A DNA stretch of 64,000 nucleotides from Candidatus Latescibacterota bacterium (GTDB lineage Bacteria > Latescibacterota > UBA2968 > GCA-2709665): assembly GCA_965205485.1 (NCBI GenBank), contig OZ242180.1, positions 608,001-672,000 on the forward strand, given 5' to 3'. The translations under genes were made by a program, and so were the position numbers. The notes under the pieces were generated by a model that was not told the DNA's origin, searched no databases, and worked only from the letters and a program-made list of their open reading frames with translations. Shown here one piece after another: positions 8,261 through 19,042 of this stretch; within the stretch, counting starts at the first letter, position 1, and each line of letters opens with the position of its first letter.

Positions 8261-10390
8261 CTAAAGATTTTCGTCGAACCAGTCGAGGATGGCGTTGCAG
8301 AGATGCTCGAATTTCGAGCGTTCCCACTCCGGCGTGAAATGGTCTGCCCCTTCATATTGAATCCATTCGACCTTCCGGCCGAGTCTCAGCAGGCCGCTGT
8401 AGACTTCGGCGGCTTGCCCGGCCGAAGCTGTATCCTCACTGCCATTCACGAGTAATACGGACGCCTGAACTTTATCCAGGAAGAACAATGGAGAATTGCG
8501 GACGTACGCATCGGGATCGCTCCACGGCGGCTTCCCCAGGCCACCCTGTCCACTCTCGAACCAGAACCAGCTGCCACGGCCGTAAAAGCTCGACAGATTC
8601 GCAATTGGGGCGTTGGATACGGCAGCCCGGAACAGATCCGAGCGGGTGATCAGCGCCAGGACGGAGTACGCGCCATAGCTGTGACCGTAAAGCCCGATCC
8701 GATTGGGATCTATGATTCTCCGGTCGATCAAGTGTTCGATCACAGGCGTTGTCCTGTCTACGATCTGATCCATCGGGTCCCCGTCTGAAAGCTCGGTATC
8801 GGGGTAAACCACAGCGTATCCACGGTGTGCCAGAAAGTGGGCATTGTCTTCGGATACCGACCACGTAAATCCGAATCGGTTAATGTCTTCCGAGTATGAG
8901 TAGTCACCGTAGACCACGGTGATTGCCGGAAGAGGATGCCTGCCATCGTAACCAGGAGGCAGCATCAGGGCCGCCTTGAAATCCTGTCCGCCATTCTCAA
9001 ATTCAACAAGCCCCGGCGTGCCGAATTCAACGGAATCGATGGAAGACAGCGGCTTGAATACGCGCTTAGTCTCGCCATCTCTGCTTACCTTGATGACTTC
9101 AGGAGGTTCTGTCGCAGACTCCCTGGCAATGAATATCTTATCGCCATCGCTGGTCGCCTCATTGAGCAGCGTGCACGGCTGGATTGCACCATCTATCGTG
9201 AGCTTTACTCGAAAAACTCCGTTTTCAAGATCCAGTTCAGCAATATGAAGCGTCTGGTCTCTTCCGGTTACTGCAAGGGGCACCCTTGCCGAACTCAACA
9301 TGGGCGTCTCTTGCGGGAGAAGCCAGGTGGATACCGTGTAATCTTCAGGTACCGTTACCTTCCGTTGACATTCCCCGGATGCCCCAAAAATCCAGATGCC
9401 ATTGGGTACAAGTAGATATACGGCCTCTGAATCCGGACGCCACCTCGGAGGCGGTTCATAGAAGGCATCGACTTTCCTGACGTAAACGCCGCTCTCGCCT
9501 GTTAAATCAACCTGACCGCTCCCTCCGTCTTTCCCAACCACAAACGGATGACCGGAGTTCTCCCCTCCCCAGGTCATATAGCACAGTCGCGTTCCATCCG
9601 GCGACCAGCTGAACGCGGTCGTGTACGACTGGCCGATCCCGCCCGCAACACAAACAGTCTTTCCGTCGGCGACGTCGACAACCATCAGATCGCACATGTT
9701 CTTCCCGGATACCTCGTCGTGTTCGCTTAGACGAAGGCAGGCAACGTGCGATCCATCGGGCGACGGCCGCCAACACCTGAGCAACCAATCTTCGGCCAGC
9801 AGTGCGACTTCCCCTGAACGCACGTCTACGGATACCAGGTTCGCGCGTTTCTCTGTTTCTTCGACCGGGACGACGCCCGACGCGTTAGACGTTCGTCGCT
9901 GAATGCCACTGTCATCGGGTTTGCCAATCATAACATCCGGCTTGCCGGGTTCCATCTTCATCAGAATCAGTCGTCCGTCGTCAGTCCATCTGGGAACCTC
10001 AAAAGCATAGTCGCCAACATATTTTGCGTTGTAGTGTACTCTCATGTCCGAAGTACGCCTGTCCCATATCGCCAGGCACGCGGGGTTGTCGTTTTCCTGA
10101 AGAAAGGCTGCAAGATAACGACCGTCAGAGGACCATTGCGACCCCCAGGACACGTTTGTTTCACCGAATGGATTGACGAAACTCGAGTCCTCGGTGTTGA
10201 CCACCACGACCGAAGGCCGCATGACTTCCTGTGGAACATTGGTAGATTCTCCCGATCTCAATACCGTTGGGTTGCTGCCGACGCACACCATCGTAAGACC
10301 CAGAAAACGCCCATCGGGGCTCAGATCGAATGGTATACGTGCAGCGGGCACCTTCAACTGAAGCAGATGATCTGCGGTAAAGCGCAACAT
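8261..10390 (-). CDS. S9-family (prolyl oligopeptidase/acylaminoacyl) peptidase
   Basis: WSPDG propeller repeats; nucleophile GHSYG; Asp in GSED; His in GADH. Confidence 0.9.
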   Translation of the reverse strand: MLRFTADHLLQLKVPAARIPFDLSPDGRFLGLTMVCVGSNPTVLRSGESTNVPQEVMRPSVVVVNTEDSSFVNPFGETNVSWGSQWSSDGRYLAAFLQENDNPACLAIWDRRTSDMRVHYNAKYVGDYAFEVPRWTDDGRLILMKMEPGKPDVMIGKPDDSGIQRRTSNASGVVPVEETEKRANLVSVDVRSGEVALLAEDWLLRCWRPSPDGSHVACLRLSEHDEVSGKNMCDLMVVDVADGKTVCVAGGIGQSYTTAFSWSPDGTRLCYMTWGGENSGHPFVVGKDGGSGQVDLTGESGVYVRKVDAFYEPPPRWRPDSEAVYLLVPNGIWIFGASGECQRKVTVPEDYTVSTWLLPQETPMLSSARVPLAVTGRDQTLHIAELDLENGVFRVKLTIDGAIQPCTLLNEATSDGDKIFIARESATEPPEVIKVSRDGETKRVFKPLSSIDSVEFGTPGLVEFENGGQDFKAALMLPPGYDGRHPLPAITVVYGDYSYSEDINRFGFTWSVSEDNAHFLAHRGYAVVYPDTELSDGDPMDQIVDRTTPVIEHLIDRRIIDPNRIGLYGHSYGAYSVLALITRSDLFRAAVSNAPIANLSSFYGRGSWFWFESGQGGLGKPPWSDPDAYVRNSPLFFLDKVQASVLLVNGSEDTASAGQAAEVYSGLLRLGRKVEWIQYEGADHFTPEWERSKFEHLCNAILDWFDENL

Positions 10391-10666
10391 TGCGTTTCTC
10401 GTTTGTAGTGCGTTGAACGATCCCGCCGGAATGACCGCAGCAAATATAGCTTGTTTAACAACACGAGGAAACCCGCGATGTTAAATTCGGTCGTCGAGCA
10501 TCTCTCCAACACGCGATCCACAACTCCGCGGCACTGATCTACGTGAATCCGGTCCTCCTGGTTCCAGGTACCGTCGGTCCACTGGAATGCGTTCTGCCGT
10601 GTTATTGCTCCACTTGAACATCGTGATTGCCGGGTCTATTGTTTTAATTTCGGTTTTTCCGCCTTT

Positions 10667-10692
10667 ATCCTGTCCATCCTGTCCATCCATGT
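10667..10692 (-). repeat. Short dispersed repeat, copy 2
   Basis: ATCCTGTCCATCCTGTCCATCCATGT, inverse of 7717-7742. Confidence 0.75.
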
Positions 10693-10871
10693 AAGTCTTG
10701 TTTCGTGTTCCCGCACCCGCCCGGGTCGCGATCCGATGTTTCGGGTTGACAGGGTGTCCTCCCCGCCGTAATTTGCCATCCGTCCCGCCATTTTTTAAAA
10801 CTTCCGGGTCCCCCGTGTTGCGCAGGTGTGACAGGCGCGTATCGCCGGGTCCGGCTCATTCTGGAGACGAC

Positions 10872-12161
10872 ATGTTTCGACTCGCCACCTTTCAATCCGA
10901 CGTAACGCCGCCGCTGGGTTTTCCGCTCTGCGCGGGGTGGTATCCGCCGGCCAAAGGCATCCTGGACCCGCTTGCTGCCCTCGGGCTGGTGATCGTGCCG
11001 GACGACCAATCGCCCATGGTCCTGTGCGCACTGGACTGGGCTGAGTTGAGCAACGGCGATTACGACCGTTGGCGCGAAGAATTGGCCGTGGCCGTGGGAA
11101 CGGATGCCGATCGGGTGGCCGTACACTGCACGCACGCGCACGACACCCCCTGGCCCGACCGCGATGCCCAGGACGTTCTCGACGCCTATGGCCACCCAGA
11201 TGTCATTATGGCCGGATACTGGGCCGAAAACGTGAGGGCACAGGCGGCAAGAGCCGCTGGCGAGGCTTTGGACAGGCTGCAGCCCTGCACGCATATCTCC
11301 ACAGGCGAAGCCAGGGTGGACCGGATCGCCTCCAACCGGCGGGTGATGGGGCCGGACGGAAAGGTGGCCCACGTGCGCTGGACCAAGACGCCAGACCCGG
11401 AAGTGCGGGCAGCGCCCGAGGGCGTCATCGACCCCATGCTCAAGACGATCGGCTACTACAATCAGGAGACACCGCTCGCCCTCGTTCATTACTATGCCAC
11501 CCATCCCACCAGCATGGACGGCACCGGGCTGGTCACGCCCGAATTCGTCGGCCTGGCGCGGAACCGCCGCACGGAGGAAAGCGGGGTGCCGCACATCTAC
11601 TTCACCGGCTGCGCCGGTAACGTCACCGCGGGCAAGTACAACGACGGCGTGGCCGACAACCGCGAATTGTTTACCGGGCGCATCCACACGGCCATGCTGG
11701 AAGCCGAGCAGGCCAGCACGCGCCAGCCCCTGGAACGCGTGGCCTGGACCGTGGAGCCCGTGCGGCTGCCGCCGAGAGAGGACCTGGACGAGGAAGACCT
11801 GCTGGCGAAGATTGCAAGGGTACGCAGAGGGGCAAAGGTTCACAGCAAGAACGCCCTCATGCTGACATACGTGCGCCGCCGCGAGCGCCCGATTCCGTTT
11901 ACCTGCATGCGTCTCAACGAGCGGGTGGCGGTGGTCAATCTCCCGGGCGAGATCTTTATCGAATACCAGTTGCACGCGCAGGCCAGCCGCCCGGACGCCT
12001 TTGTCGCCGTGGCGGGATACGGAGATCTCGGGACGGGGTATATCACCATGGAAACTTCCTTTGAGGAGGGAGGATACGAGCCGAATGACGCCTTCGTGTC
12101 AGGGAAGTCGGAGAAAATCGTCCGCGCCGCCATCGACAGGGTTCTTCGGGAGACAGGATAA
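10872..12161 (+). CDS. Neutral/alkaline ceramidase-like metallohydrolase
   Basis: DVTPPLG, HCTHAHDTP, YATHP, GCAGNV, LPGE motifs; ATG 10872 after GGAG. Confidence 0.7.
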   Translation: MFRLATFQSDVTPPLGFPLCAGWYPPAKGILDPLAALGLVIVPDDQSPMVLCALDWAELSNGDYDRWREELAVAVGTDADRVAVHCTHAHDTPWPDRDAQDVLDAYGHPDVIMAGYWAENVRAQAARAAGEALDRLQPCTHISTGEARVDRIASNRRVMGPDGKVAHVRWTKTPDPEVRAAPEGVIDPMLKTIGYYNQETPLALVHYYATHPTSMDGTGLVTPEFVGLARNRRTEESGVPHIYFTGCAGNVTAGKYNDGVADNRELFTGRIHTAMLEAEQASTRQPLERVAWTVEPVRLPPREDLDEEDLLAKIARVRRGAKVHSKNALMLTYVRRRERPIPFTCMRLNERVAVVNLPGEIFIEYQLHAQASRPDAFVAVAGYGDLGTGYITMETSFEEGGYEPNDAFVSGKSEKIVRAAIDRVLRETG

Positions 12162-12433
12162 TCCCATCAACTACATGAATTGCATCTAAAATCCAGGTCC
12201 CCGTTGCGCGACGTGTCCAGGGCGTGCCGAGTCAGATCAAGATATCCGAGGTCTCTGGCGGAAACGTAACTTAAGGCCGGCTTGTTGCTGGTCTGTCCGA
12301 TAAAGCTCCATGTCGACGTAACAGTTCAGAAGCCAGATTCTTCAGACGGGGTTTCAAAAGCGGATTTCGACGATTCATCCTCTTTTTTGTTACTTTTTTG
12401 TTCTCTAACAGAAAACATACTGAATGAACTTTG

Positions 12434-12461
12434 TTGACAAATAGAGATCTTTGGGTAAATT
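12434..12461 (+). promoter_or_regulatory. sigma70 promoter of the TA operon (likely leaderless mRNA)
   Basis: TTGACA 12434-12439, 16 nt, TAAATT 12456-12461; ATG 6 nt downstream with no SD. Confidence 0.6.
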
Positions 12462-12467
12462 TAGTTA

Positions 12468-12728
12468 ATGTACGAAGTCCGCTACCAGAGGCAGGCCGCA
12501 CGCCGGCTCTTTGGCATGCCGAGCAGCACCGCCCGGCGTATCTGCACCAGGATCGACGCGATTGCGGCGGACCCGTATGGCAGACATCCGAACGCCACAC
12601 AGATTCAGGGCAGAGACAAAGACTTTCGGCTGAGGTTGGGAAGCTGGCGCGTGATTTACTCGATCAACGACGAGCAAAGGGTGCTGCTGGTCGCGAAAAT
12701 CGACACGAGGGGACAGATATACCGATGA
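12468..12728 (+). CDS. RelE/ParE family toxin
   Basis: FRLRLGSWRVIY and TRGQIYR; 86 aa. Confidence 0.9.
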   Translation: MYEVRYQRQAARRLFGMPSSTARRICTRIDAIAADPYGRHPNATQIQGRDKDFRLRLGSWRVIYSINDEQRVLLVAKIDTRGQIYR

Positions 12729-13183
12729 ATGAACAGGACGTGCAGATCATTGTCAGGGACGGGGCGCCCGAATACGCGGTTATTCCGATCGAGGCGTACC
12801 GCCGTATGGCCGCCGCGCTCGAAGATGCGGAGGATTCCGCGGCCATCGACAGAGCCTGGACGGACGACGCCGCGGGCGAAACGGTTCCCGGCGAAGTTGT
12901 ACGGGGTATACTGGATGGTGGATCGCCCTTGCGCCTTTGGCGCAAATACCGCGGGTTGACGCTGGCCTCGCTGGCCGGTCAGGTTGGCGTTTCGAGGGGG
13001 TACCTGTCGCAGATCGAGAACGGGCACAAGTCCGGAACGCTCGAGGTTTTTCGCAGACTCTCAGGTGCGCTTGACGTGTCGATGGACCAGCTGGTCGAAC
13101 CGGTGTCGGACGCGGTCACAGACCGGGATGGGTCCGAGGCGACAGGCTCTTCTTCTGTCACGCTACCGACAGAAGGACAATGA
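12725..13183 (+). CDS. XRE-type HTH antitoxin
   Basis: ATGA overlap with toxin; PEYAVIP; LRLWRKYRGLTLASLA...SRGYLSQIENG. Confidence 0.9.
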   Translation: MNEQDVQIIVRDGAPEYAVIPIEAYRRMAAALEDAEDSAAIDRAWTDDAAGETVPGEVVRGILDGGSPLRLWRKYRGLTLASLAGQVGVSRGYLSQIENGHKSGTLEVFRRLSGALDVSMDQLVEPVSDAVTDRDGSEATGSSSVTLPTEGQ

Positions 13184-13187
13184 CGCC

Positions 13188-13212
13188 GGCAGACAGGAAT
13201 GTCTGCCCCACC
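13188..13212. repeat. REP-like palindrome
   Basis: GGCAGACA-GGAA-TGTCTGCC-CCACC immediately after the antitoxin stop. Confidence 0.55.
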
Positions 13213-13270
13213 TTCAATTCGGCATCCCCACCAGGACGGTATTTGCCATAGAAACGAGACAGGAGCAGCG

Positions 13271-13756
13271 GTGTTACGGCAATTCATCCATGGCGCGTTT
13301 GTGTTCGCGGTGGCGTTTCTCCTGATGGGTCCGTTTTCGCACGCCATGGTCGGGAAGTCGGGCTGGATTCACGCGATGGGGTTGGGCCTGGGATGGGGGC
13401 TGGCGCTCGGACTGATCGTGGGCATGGGCAGCGACATCAGCACGGGCATCGGCATGGTGCTGGGCCTTGGCGCCGGGGCCGGAGTCTACTGGGGCCCGTT
13501 TGACGGGGTGATCATCGGGTTTGTCGCGGCCATCCCGGCGGCCATGGGCGTCGGCCTGGTGTCGGTACTGCTGGACTGGAGTCTCGGAGCCGGGCTTTTC
13601 TGGGGCCTGTCGCTCGGCATCAGCGCCGTATTGCTCGTATTGCTGGAGGGCGGATGGGTGGTTTTTGCCTCCGCCGCCGCAGGATGCATAACGGGCCTTG
13701 GCGCGCGGGTTCTGCTGAGGCTGTGGTCGGCCCGGCCCGGGTATGAGAAGGAATGA
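13271..13756 (+). CDS. Glycine-rich membrane protein
   Basis: AGGAG then GTG at 13271; several hydrophobic GxxxG segments. Confidence 0.65.
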   Translation: MLRQFIHGAFVFAVAFLLMGPFSHAMVGKSGWIHAMGLGLGWGLALGLIVGMGSDISTGIGMVLGLGAGAGVYWGPFDGVIIGFVAAIPAAMGVGLVSVLLDWSLGAGLFWGLSLGISAVLLVLLEGGWVVFASAAAGCITGLGARVLLRLWSARPGYEKE

Positions 13757-13888
13757 CTCAGGTCTTTCCGAGCCGGAATACCATGTTGAGGAAATACCGC
13801 CGTACGCGCACGTTCGATGCGCCGTCAACCAGTGGATCGCTGACTTTTTTCGATACCGGGAACCTCATCAACCTGTCAGGAGGACAGG

Positions 13889-16573
13889 ATGCGCCCACTT
13901 GCTATCTGGTTCATTCACATCTTCATTATCTGCATATTGGCCGTAACTGTACAGGCGGAAGAAACCAAACCTGACACCACGGCAGCGGACACCGCGAAAG
14001 TCAAGGCCAAAGAGACAAAGGCAGACACGACCGCGAAGAAGGAGAAGAAGAAAAAGAAGAAGACCTTCGAAGAGATCACGAAGGACTTCGAAGTCGTCCC
14101 GGGGCTCTTTACGATTTACCGAAAGGACGACGAAGCCAAAGTCTACATGGAGATCCGGCCGAGACAGTTAGACAGGCTCTTTCTTTGCGCCGTTACCCGC
14201 GAGGCGGCCGACGGTTATTTCTTCGACGCAACGGCCCTGATTCCAAGCTTTATGAATTACGGCTTCCCTTTCATTCTCAAACGTGTCGGAAAGAACGTCC
14301 AGTTCCTGCACAAGAACCTTTACTTCCGGGCGGATGAAGACGCCCCGATCGCCGGCGCGTTGGCGCGCAGCGTCACAAATTCCATCCTGAGCGTTGCGAA
14401 AATCGTGGACAGCCAGCCACACCCTGAAAGGAAGAGCATCCTTGTGGATGCGAGCGGCTTTTTCCTGCAGGACCTGGCAATGGTGGCTGCCGCGTTCAGA
14501 GATCGAAAGACGAAGTATCGTTTCGACGGCAAGAACAGCTACTTCGGAAAGGTGAAGTCCTTCCCGCTGAACACCGAGATCGAGGTTGTCCTGCACTTCA
14601 ACACGTCCAACCCTGATTTTGAAGCGTACACCTTCCCCGATCCCCGCAGTTTTCAGCACGTCTATCGCTTCAGCCTTTCAACCCTGCCCCGGACGGGTTA
14701 TCAACCCCGGCTGGGGGACGACAGGGTGGGCCACTTCCTCACCATGTACCAGGACTACAGCACGGTACAGAAGGAGACGCCCTACAGACGTTACGTGGAG
14801 CGGTGGCACCTGGAGAAGGAGAATCCGCGGGCAAGGCTCTCGAAACCCAGGAAACCGATCGTATTCTGGCTGGAAAATACGGTACCTGTAGAATACAGGA
14901 AAGCGTTGAAAAAAGGCCTCCTGATGTGGAATGCGGCCTTCGAGCGCATCGGCTTCAAGGAAGCGATTGTCGTAAAACAGCAACCTGACGACGCGGAATG
15001 GGATGCCGCCGACGCGCGTTACAACATGGTCCGCTGGTTTGTGAATCCGCGAAGGGTATATGCCCAGGGGCCCTCCCGCGCCAATCCGCTCACCGGCGAA
15101 CTGTTCCACGCGAGCATTCGCTTCAGCGCCGATTTTCCGCGTTCGATATTCCGCGAATACGAGGAATTCGTGGATCCGCTGTCTGAAGCCGGCGGCCCGT
15201 TTCCGGAGCATGATCGAACGCGGGACTATTCGCGGGGATTCTGCGACTACGCGGAAGGCGCCGCACACCAGGCCGCGTTTACCGGAAACCTGCTGGCGGC
15301 CCGGGGAGAAATCGACCTTGCGGGGGAGGACGGACAGAAATTCATCAACGACTATCTGACGATGATCGCGGCGCACGAAATGGGGCACACCCTGGGCCTG
15401 CGCCATAATTTCCGGGCCAGCACCCTGCATCCCACGGACCGCCTGCAGGACAAAGAAGCGGTGAAGGACGTGTCGAGCTCGGTGATGGACTACCTGCCTC
15501 CCAATATCGCGCCGGAGGGACAACCGCAAGGCCACTTCTTTCCCACCACACTGGGCCCCTACGACAAGTGGGCGATCGAATACGCCTACAAACCCATCGA
15601 CGCGGAGAGCCCGGAGGGGGAACTGAAAGAGCTGAACGGAATCGCCGCCAAAGTCGCCGACCCCAGAGTCGCCTACGGTACGGATGAAGACGCATTCGGC
15701 GCGCCCCGCGGCATCGATCCGTGGGTCAATCGATGGGACCTCGGCGCCGACCCGCTGGCCTACCACCGGAATCGCATCGGCCTCGCGAAGGAACTCTGGC
15801 GAAAAATGGAAGGCGAGTTCGAGGTTCCCGGCAGGCGTTACCAGAAGCTTCGTAGGGTGTTCGGCCAGGGCCTCACCGAGTATTTCCTAGCCGCGCGAAA
15901 CATTACCAAGTATATCGGCGGCATCCATCACCGGCGCGACCACGTGGGCGACCCCGGAAACCGCCTGCCGTTCGAACCGGTGGAGGCAGCCAGACAGCGG
16001 GAGGCATTCGACTTCCTCAAAACGCACGTCTTCGGACCGGATGCCTTCGAATTTTCCCCCGCGGTGATGCGGAAACTCGCGCCTGAACGCCTCTGGGGCT
16101 TCACAGGCGCGGTCTGGCGCATGCAGCGCCTGGACTATCCGATCCACAGCCGGATTCTGAGCATACAGCGGGGTCCCTTGAGCGCGCTGTACCATCCGCT
16201 GCTGCTGGGCAGGCTGCAGGACCTGGAACTCTGGGCAGGCGAGGACGTATTCGGCATGTCCGAACTCTTCGACGGCCTGCGGCAATCCATCTGGGCGGAA
16301 CTGGAAACCGCCGCAAACATCAACAGCTTCCGTCGAAACCTCCAGCGCCTGCACCTGGACCACGTCGTCGCCCTGGTCGTGAAACCGCCCCGCGACGCAC
16401 CGGCCGACGCCGCCTCCCTGGCCCGCGCCGACCTCGCTGCCCTCGCGAGCGCCATCCGGAGCGTCCTTTCCGAGGAGGGGCTGGAACGCCAGACCCGCGC
16501 GCACCTGGAGGAGAGCGTTACCCGCATCGACGCCGCTCTCGAAGCAGGTGTTCAGCGCCACCTGGGCGGATAG
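13889..16573 (+). CDS. Secreted zinc-dependent metalloprotease (DUF5117/DUF4953 type)
   Basis: Signal peptide; HEMGHTLGLRHN zinc motif; SVMDY Met-turn; KPIVFWL. Confidence 0.92.
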   Translation: MRPLAIWFIHIFIICILAVTVQAEETKPDTTAADTAKVKAKETKADTTAKKEKKKKKKTFEEITKDFEVVPGLFTIYRKDDEAKVYMEIRPRQLDRLFLCAVTREAADGYFFDATALIPSFMNYGFPFILKRVGKNVQFLHKNLYFRADEDAPIAGALARSVTNSILSVAKIVDSQPHPERKSILVDASGFFLQDLAMVAAAFRDRKTKYRFDGKNSYFGKVKSFPLNTEIEVVLHFNTSNPDFEAYTFPDPRSFQHVYRFSLSTLPRTGYQPRLGDDRVGHFLTMYQDYSTVQKETPYRRYVERWHLEKENPRARLSKPRKPIVFWLENTVPVEYRKALKKGLLMWNAAFERIGFKEAIVVKQQPDDAEWDAADARYNMVRWFVNPRRVYAQGPSRANPLTGELFHASIRFSADFPRSIFREYEEFVDPLSEAGGPFPEHDRTRDYSRGFCDYAEGAAHQAAFTGNLLAARGEIDLAGEDGQKFINDYLTMIAAHEMGHTLGLRHNFRASTLHPTDRLQDKEAVKDVSSSVMDYLPPNIAPEGQPQGHFFPTTLGPYDKWAIEYAYKPIDAESPEGELKELNGIAAKVADPRVAYGTDEDAFGAPRGIDPWVNRWDLGADPLAYHRNRIGLAKELWRKMEGEFEVPGRRYQKLRRVFGQGLTEYFLAARNITKYIGGIHHRRDHVGDPGNRLPFEPVEAARQREAFDFLKTHVFGPDAFEFSPAVMRKLAPERLWGFTGAVWRMQRLDYPIHSRILSIQRGPLSALYHPLLLGRLQDLELWAGEDVFGMSELFDGLRQSIWAELETAANINSFRRNLQRLHLDHVVALVVKPPRDAPADAASLARADLAALASAIRSVLSEEGLERQTRAHLEESVTRIDAALEAGVQRHLGG

Positions 16574-16631
16574 GCATTCACAAGGCGGTAATGGCACGAC
16601 GACTCTACGCGTGCCGATCAACGGAGCGACT

Positions 16632-17984
16632 ATGCCAGCATCGTCCGATATTCGCATCCGCAACGTCGAACTCGACTTTGAGGCATATCCCTACCGCACA
16701 CCTCTCAAGTTCGGCGGCGTGGTTACAACGCACTGCAAACTGATGAACGTAACCGTCGACGTGGAAAACGGCGCCGGTGTCCGGGCGTCCGGGTTCGGAT
16801 CCATGCCCCTGGGGAATGCCTGGTCCTTTCCATCCCGGACCGTCGGCTTCGATGAGTCCATGCAGGCGATGGTCCGTCTCGGTGAACGGATGGTCGCCTG
16901 TACCCACAGCTACTTGGATCTCGGTCATCCTGTCGACATCATGGCCGACCTGGAATCCCGGTTTCTCGAACTCGCCGTGGAAACCGGCGCGGAGCTGAAC
17001 CTGGCGGAACCGATTCCCAAACTCTGTACCCTGGTCACCGCGAGTCCGATCGATGCCGCGCTGCACGACGCCTACGGCAAGGTCAACGGGATCAACGCGT
17101 ACGACGGTCTCTCAGCGGCATGGATGAACCACGATCTGGCCAGTTATCTGAACGATGACTTCAAAGGCGAACACCTGGACCGTTACACCCTGCGCGAACC
17201 CAAACCCCGGATGCCGCTCTACCATCTCGTTGGCGCCCTCGATTCACTCTCAGACGCGGACATCGGTCAGCGGCTCGACGACGGCCTGCCCGAAACCCTG
17301 CCCGAATGGATCCGGGCCGACGGCCTGACCCACCTCAAAGTCAAACTCAACGGGGACGACCTGGCATGGGACGTAAACCGCGTGTGCGGCATTCACGCCG
17401 TCACTGCCCACACGCAGGGCGAACGCGGCGTTTCGAATTGGGCCTACTCACTCGACTTCAACGAACAATGCCGTGACGTGGCCTACCTCCTGGACTTCCT
17501 CGCGCAGATCCGGGAAAAGAGCGGCGGCGCCTTCGAACGCGTGGCCTACATCGAACAGCCCACGGCCCGCGACCTCCGCGCCAACCCGGAGAACAAAATG
17601 CACGAAGCCGCCGGAATCCGGCCCGTGGTGATCGACGAGTCCCTGGAGGACTTCGAAAGCCTGCTGCTCGCACGCGATCTGGGCTATTCCGGCGTCGCGC
17701 TCAAGACCTGCAAGGGTCAGTCACAGGCCCTCCTCATGGGAGCCGCGGCGGAGAAATACGGCATGTTCCTCTGCGTGCAGGACCTCACCTGCCCGGGGGC
17801 CTCGTTTCTGCACTCCGCCGGCCTCGCCGCGCGGGTGCCCGCGGTGACGGCCATCGAGGGCAACGCACGACAATACTGCCCGGGTGCCAATGGCGACTGG
17901 GCGGATCGATATCCCTCGGTTTTCGACATAACCGACGGCACGGTGGATACATCCGGGCTGACGGGAATCGGGCTCGGACATTGA
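16632..17984 (+). CDS. Mandelate racemase/muconate lactonizing enzyme (enolase superfamily)
   Basis: LKVKL, LDFNE, IEQP, IDES motifs; ATG 16632 after GGAG. Confidence 0.85.
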   Translation: MPASSDIRIRNVELDFEAYPYRTPLKFGGVVTTHCKLMNVTVDVENGAGVRASGFGSMPLGNAWSFPSRTVGFDESMQAMVRLGERMVACTHSYLDLGHPVDIMADLESRFLELAVETGAELNLAEPIPKLCTLVTASPIDAALHDAYGKVNGINAYDGLSAAWMNHDLASYLNDDFKGEHLDRYTLREPKPRMPLYHLVGALDSLSDADIGQRLDDGLPETLPEWIRADGLTHLKVKLNGDDLAWDVNRVCGIHAVTAHTQGERGVSNWAYSLDFNEQCRDVAYLLDFLAQIREKSGGAFERVAYIEQPTARDLRANPENKMHEAAGIRPVVIDESLEDFESLLLARDLGYSGVALKTCKGQSQALLMGAAAEKYGMFLCVQDLTCPGASFLHSAGLAARVPAVTAIEGNARQYCPGANGDWADRYPSVFDITDGTVDTSGLTGIGLGH

Positions 17985-18024
17985 CGCGCCTGTTACCCTG
18001 CCATCCGGTGAGAAGGATACGCTC

Positions 18025-19035
18025 ATGAAGGCCAGACAGCTTGTATTTCCGGATAGGATGAAAGTCGAAACGGTCGACGTCGATATTCGGGACACCCCCG
18101 GACCCGGCGAAGTCCTGGTCGAGAACCGGTACGGCCTGATCAGCCCCGGCACCGAACTGGCGATGTTCACACAGACACACGTGGGTTTCACGCGGGTGGA
18201 CTTCGGCTACGCCAGTTTTCCCTTCCACCCCGGTTATGCCTCGGTGGGCCGCGTCCTCCTTACCGGCCGGGACGTGGATGGCGTACACGAAGGCGATCTG
18301 GTCTACGTGAGGGGGAAGCATGCCTCACATGCCCTCGTGCCTGCCGGCGGATCTCTGTTGAGACTTCCTGAGAACCTGTCGCTCCAGCATGCGCCGTTTG
18401 CGGTCATCGCGAAGATCGCGCTCACCGCGGTCCGCCTTGCAGACGTCCGGCTGGGGCACACGGTCGCCGTTTTCGGGCAGGGCCTGGTGGGCAATCTCGC
18501 CGCTCAGTTGATGAATCTGGCAGGCGCCCGTCAGGTCATCGGCATAGACGCGGTTCCGGAGCGGCTCGCCATTTCCAGAACCTGCGGCATCGACGCCTGC
18601 GTCAATCCGGAAGTGGAGGACCTGGCGGACCGCGTCAACGCCATCACGAACGGAGAGGGCTGTCAGATCGTCGTCGAGGCAACGGGCAACCCGGAAGTCG
18701 CCCCGCCGGCGATCAGAACCGCGTCACAGATGGGACAGGTTGTCCTTCTGGGCAGCCCGCGCGGCAGCGCCGAAATCGACCTGTATTTCGACCTTCACCG
18801 CACCGGCGTGTCCGTTATTGGCGCGCATGGTTCCAGACAGCCCGATGCGTCGCAATTCGGAGATCCGGACCCCGATGAACTCATGCTGGACTATATCGCC
18901 CGCGAACGCCTGAAGGTTGCCCCCCTGCTTACCCACGTCCTGCCGGCCTCGCAGGCCGACGCGGCATACCGCGGACTCCTCAATAAAAAAGGCGCCTTCC
19001 TCGGCGTCCTCCTCGACCTTACCCGCTGGGAGTAA
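18025..19035 (+). CDS. MDR-superfamily dehydrogenase
   Basis: ISPGTE, PGY, GQGLVG Rossmann motif, EATG. Confidence 0.85.
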   Translation: MKARQLVFPDRMKVETVDVDIRDTPGPGEVLVENRYGLISPGTELAMFTQTHVGFTRVDFGYASFPFHPGYASVGRVLLTGRDVDGVHEGDLVYVRGKHASHALVPAGGSLLRLPENLSLQHAPFAVIAKIALTAVRLADVRLGHTVAVFGQGLVGNLAAQLMNLAGARQVIGIDAVPERLAISRTCGIDACVNPEVEDLADRVNAITNGEGCQIVVEATGNPEVAPPAIRTASQMGQVVLLGSPRGSAEIDLYFDLHRTGVSVIGAHGSRQPDASQFGDPDPDELMLDYIARERLKVAPLLTHVLPASQADAAYRGLLNKKGAFLGVLLDLTRWE

Positions 19036-19042
19036 CGCGCGC

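Noticed and set aside
12431..12724. N-terminal extension of the 250-aa HTH ORF
   Set aside because: Overlaps the RelE toxin in another frame; the antitoxin starts at ATG 12725
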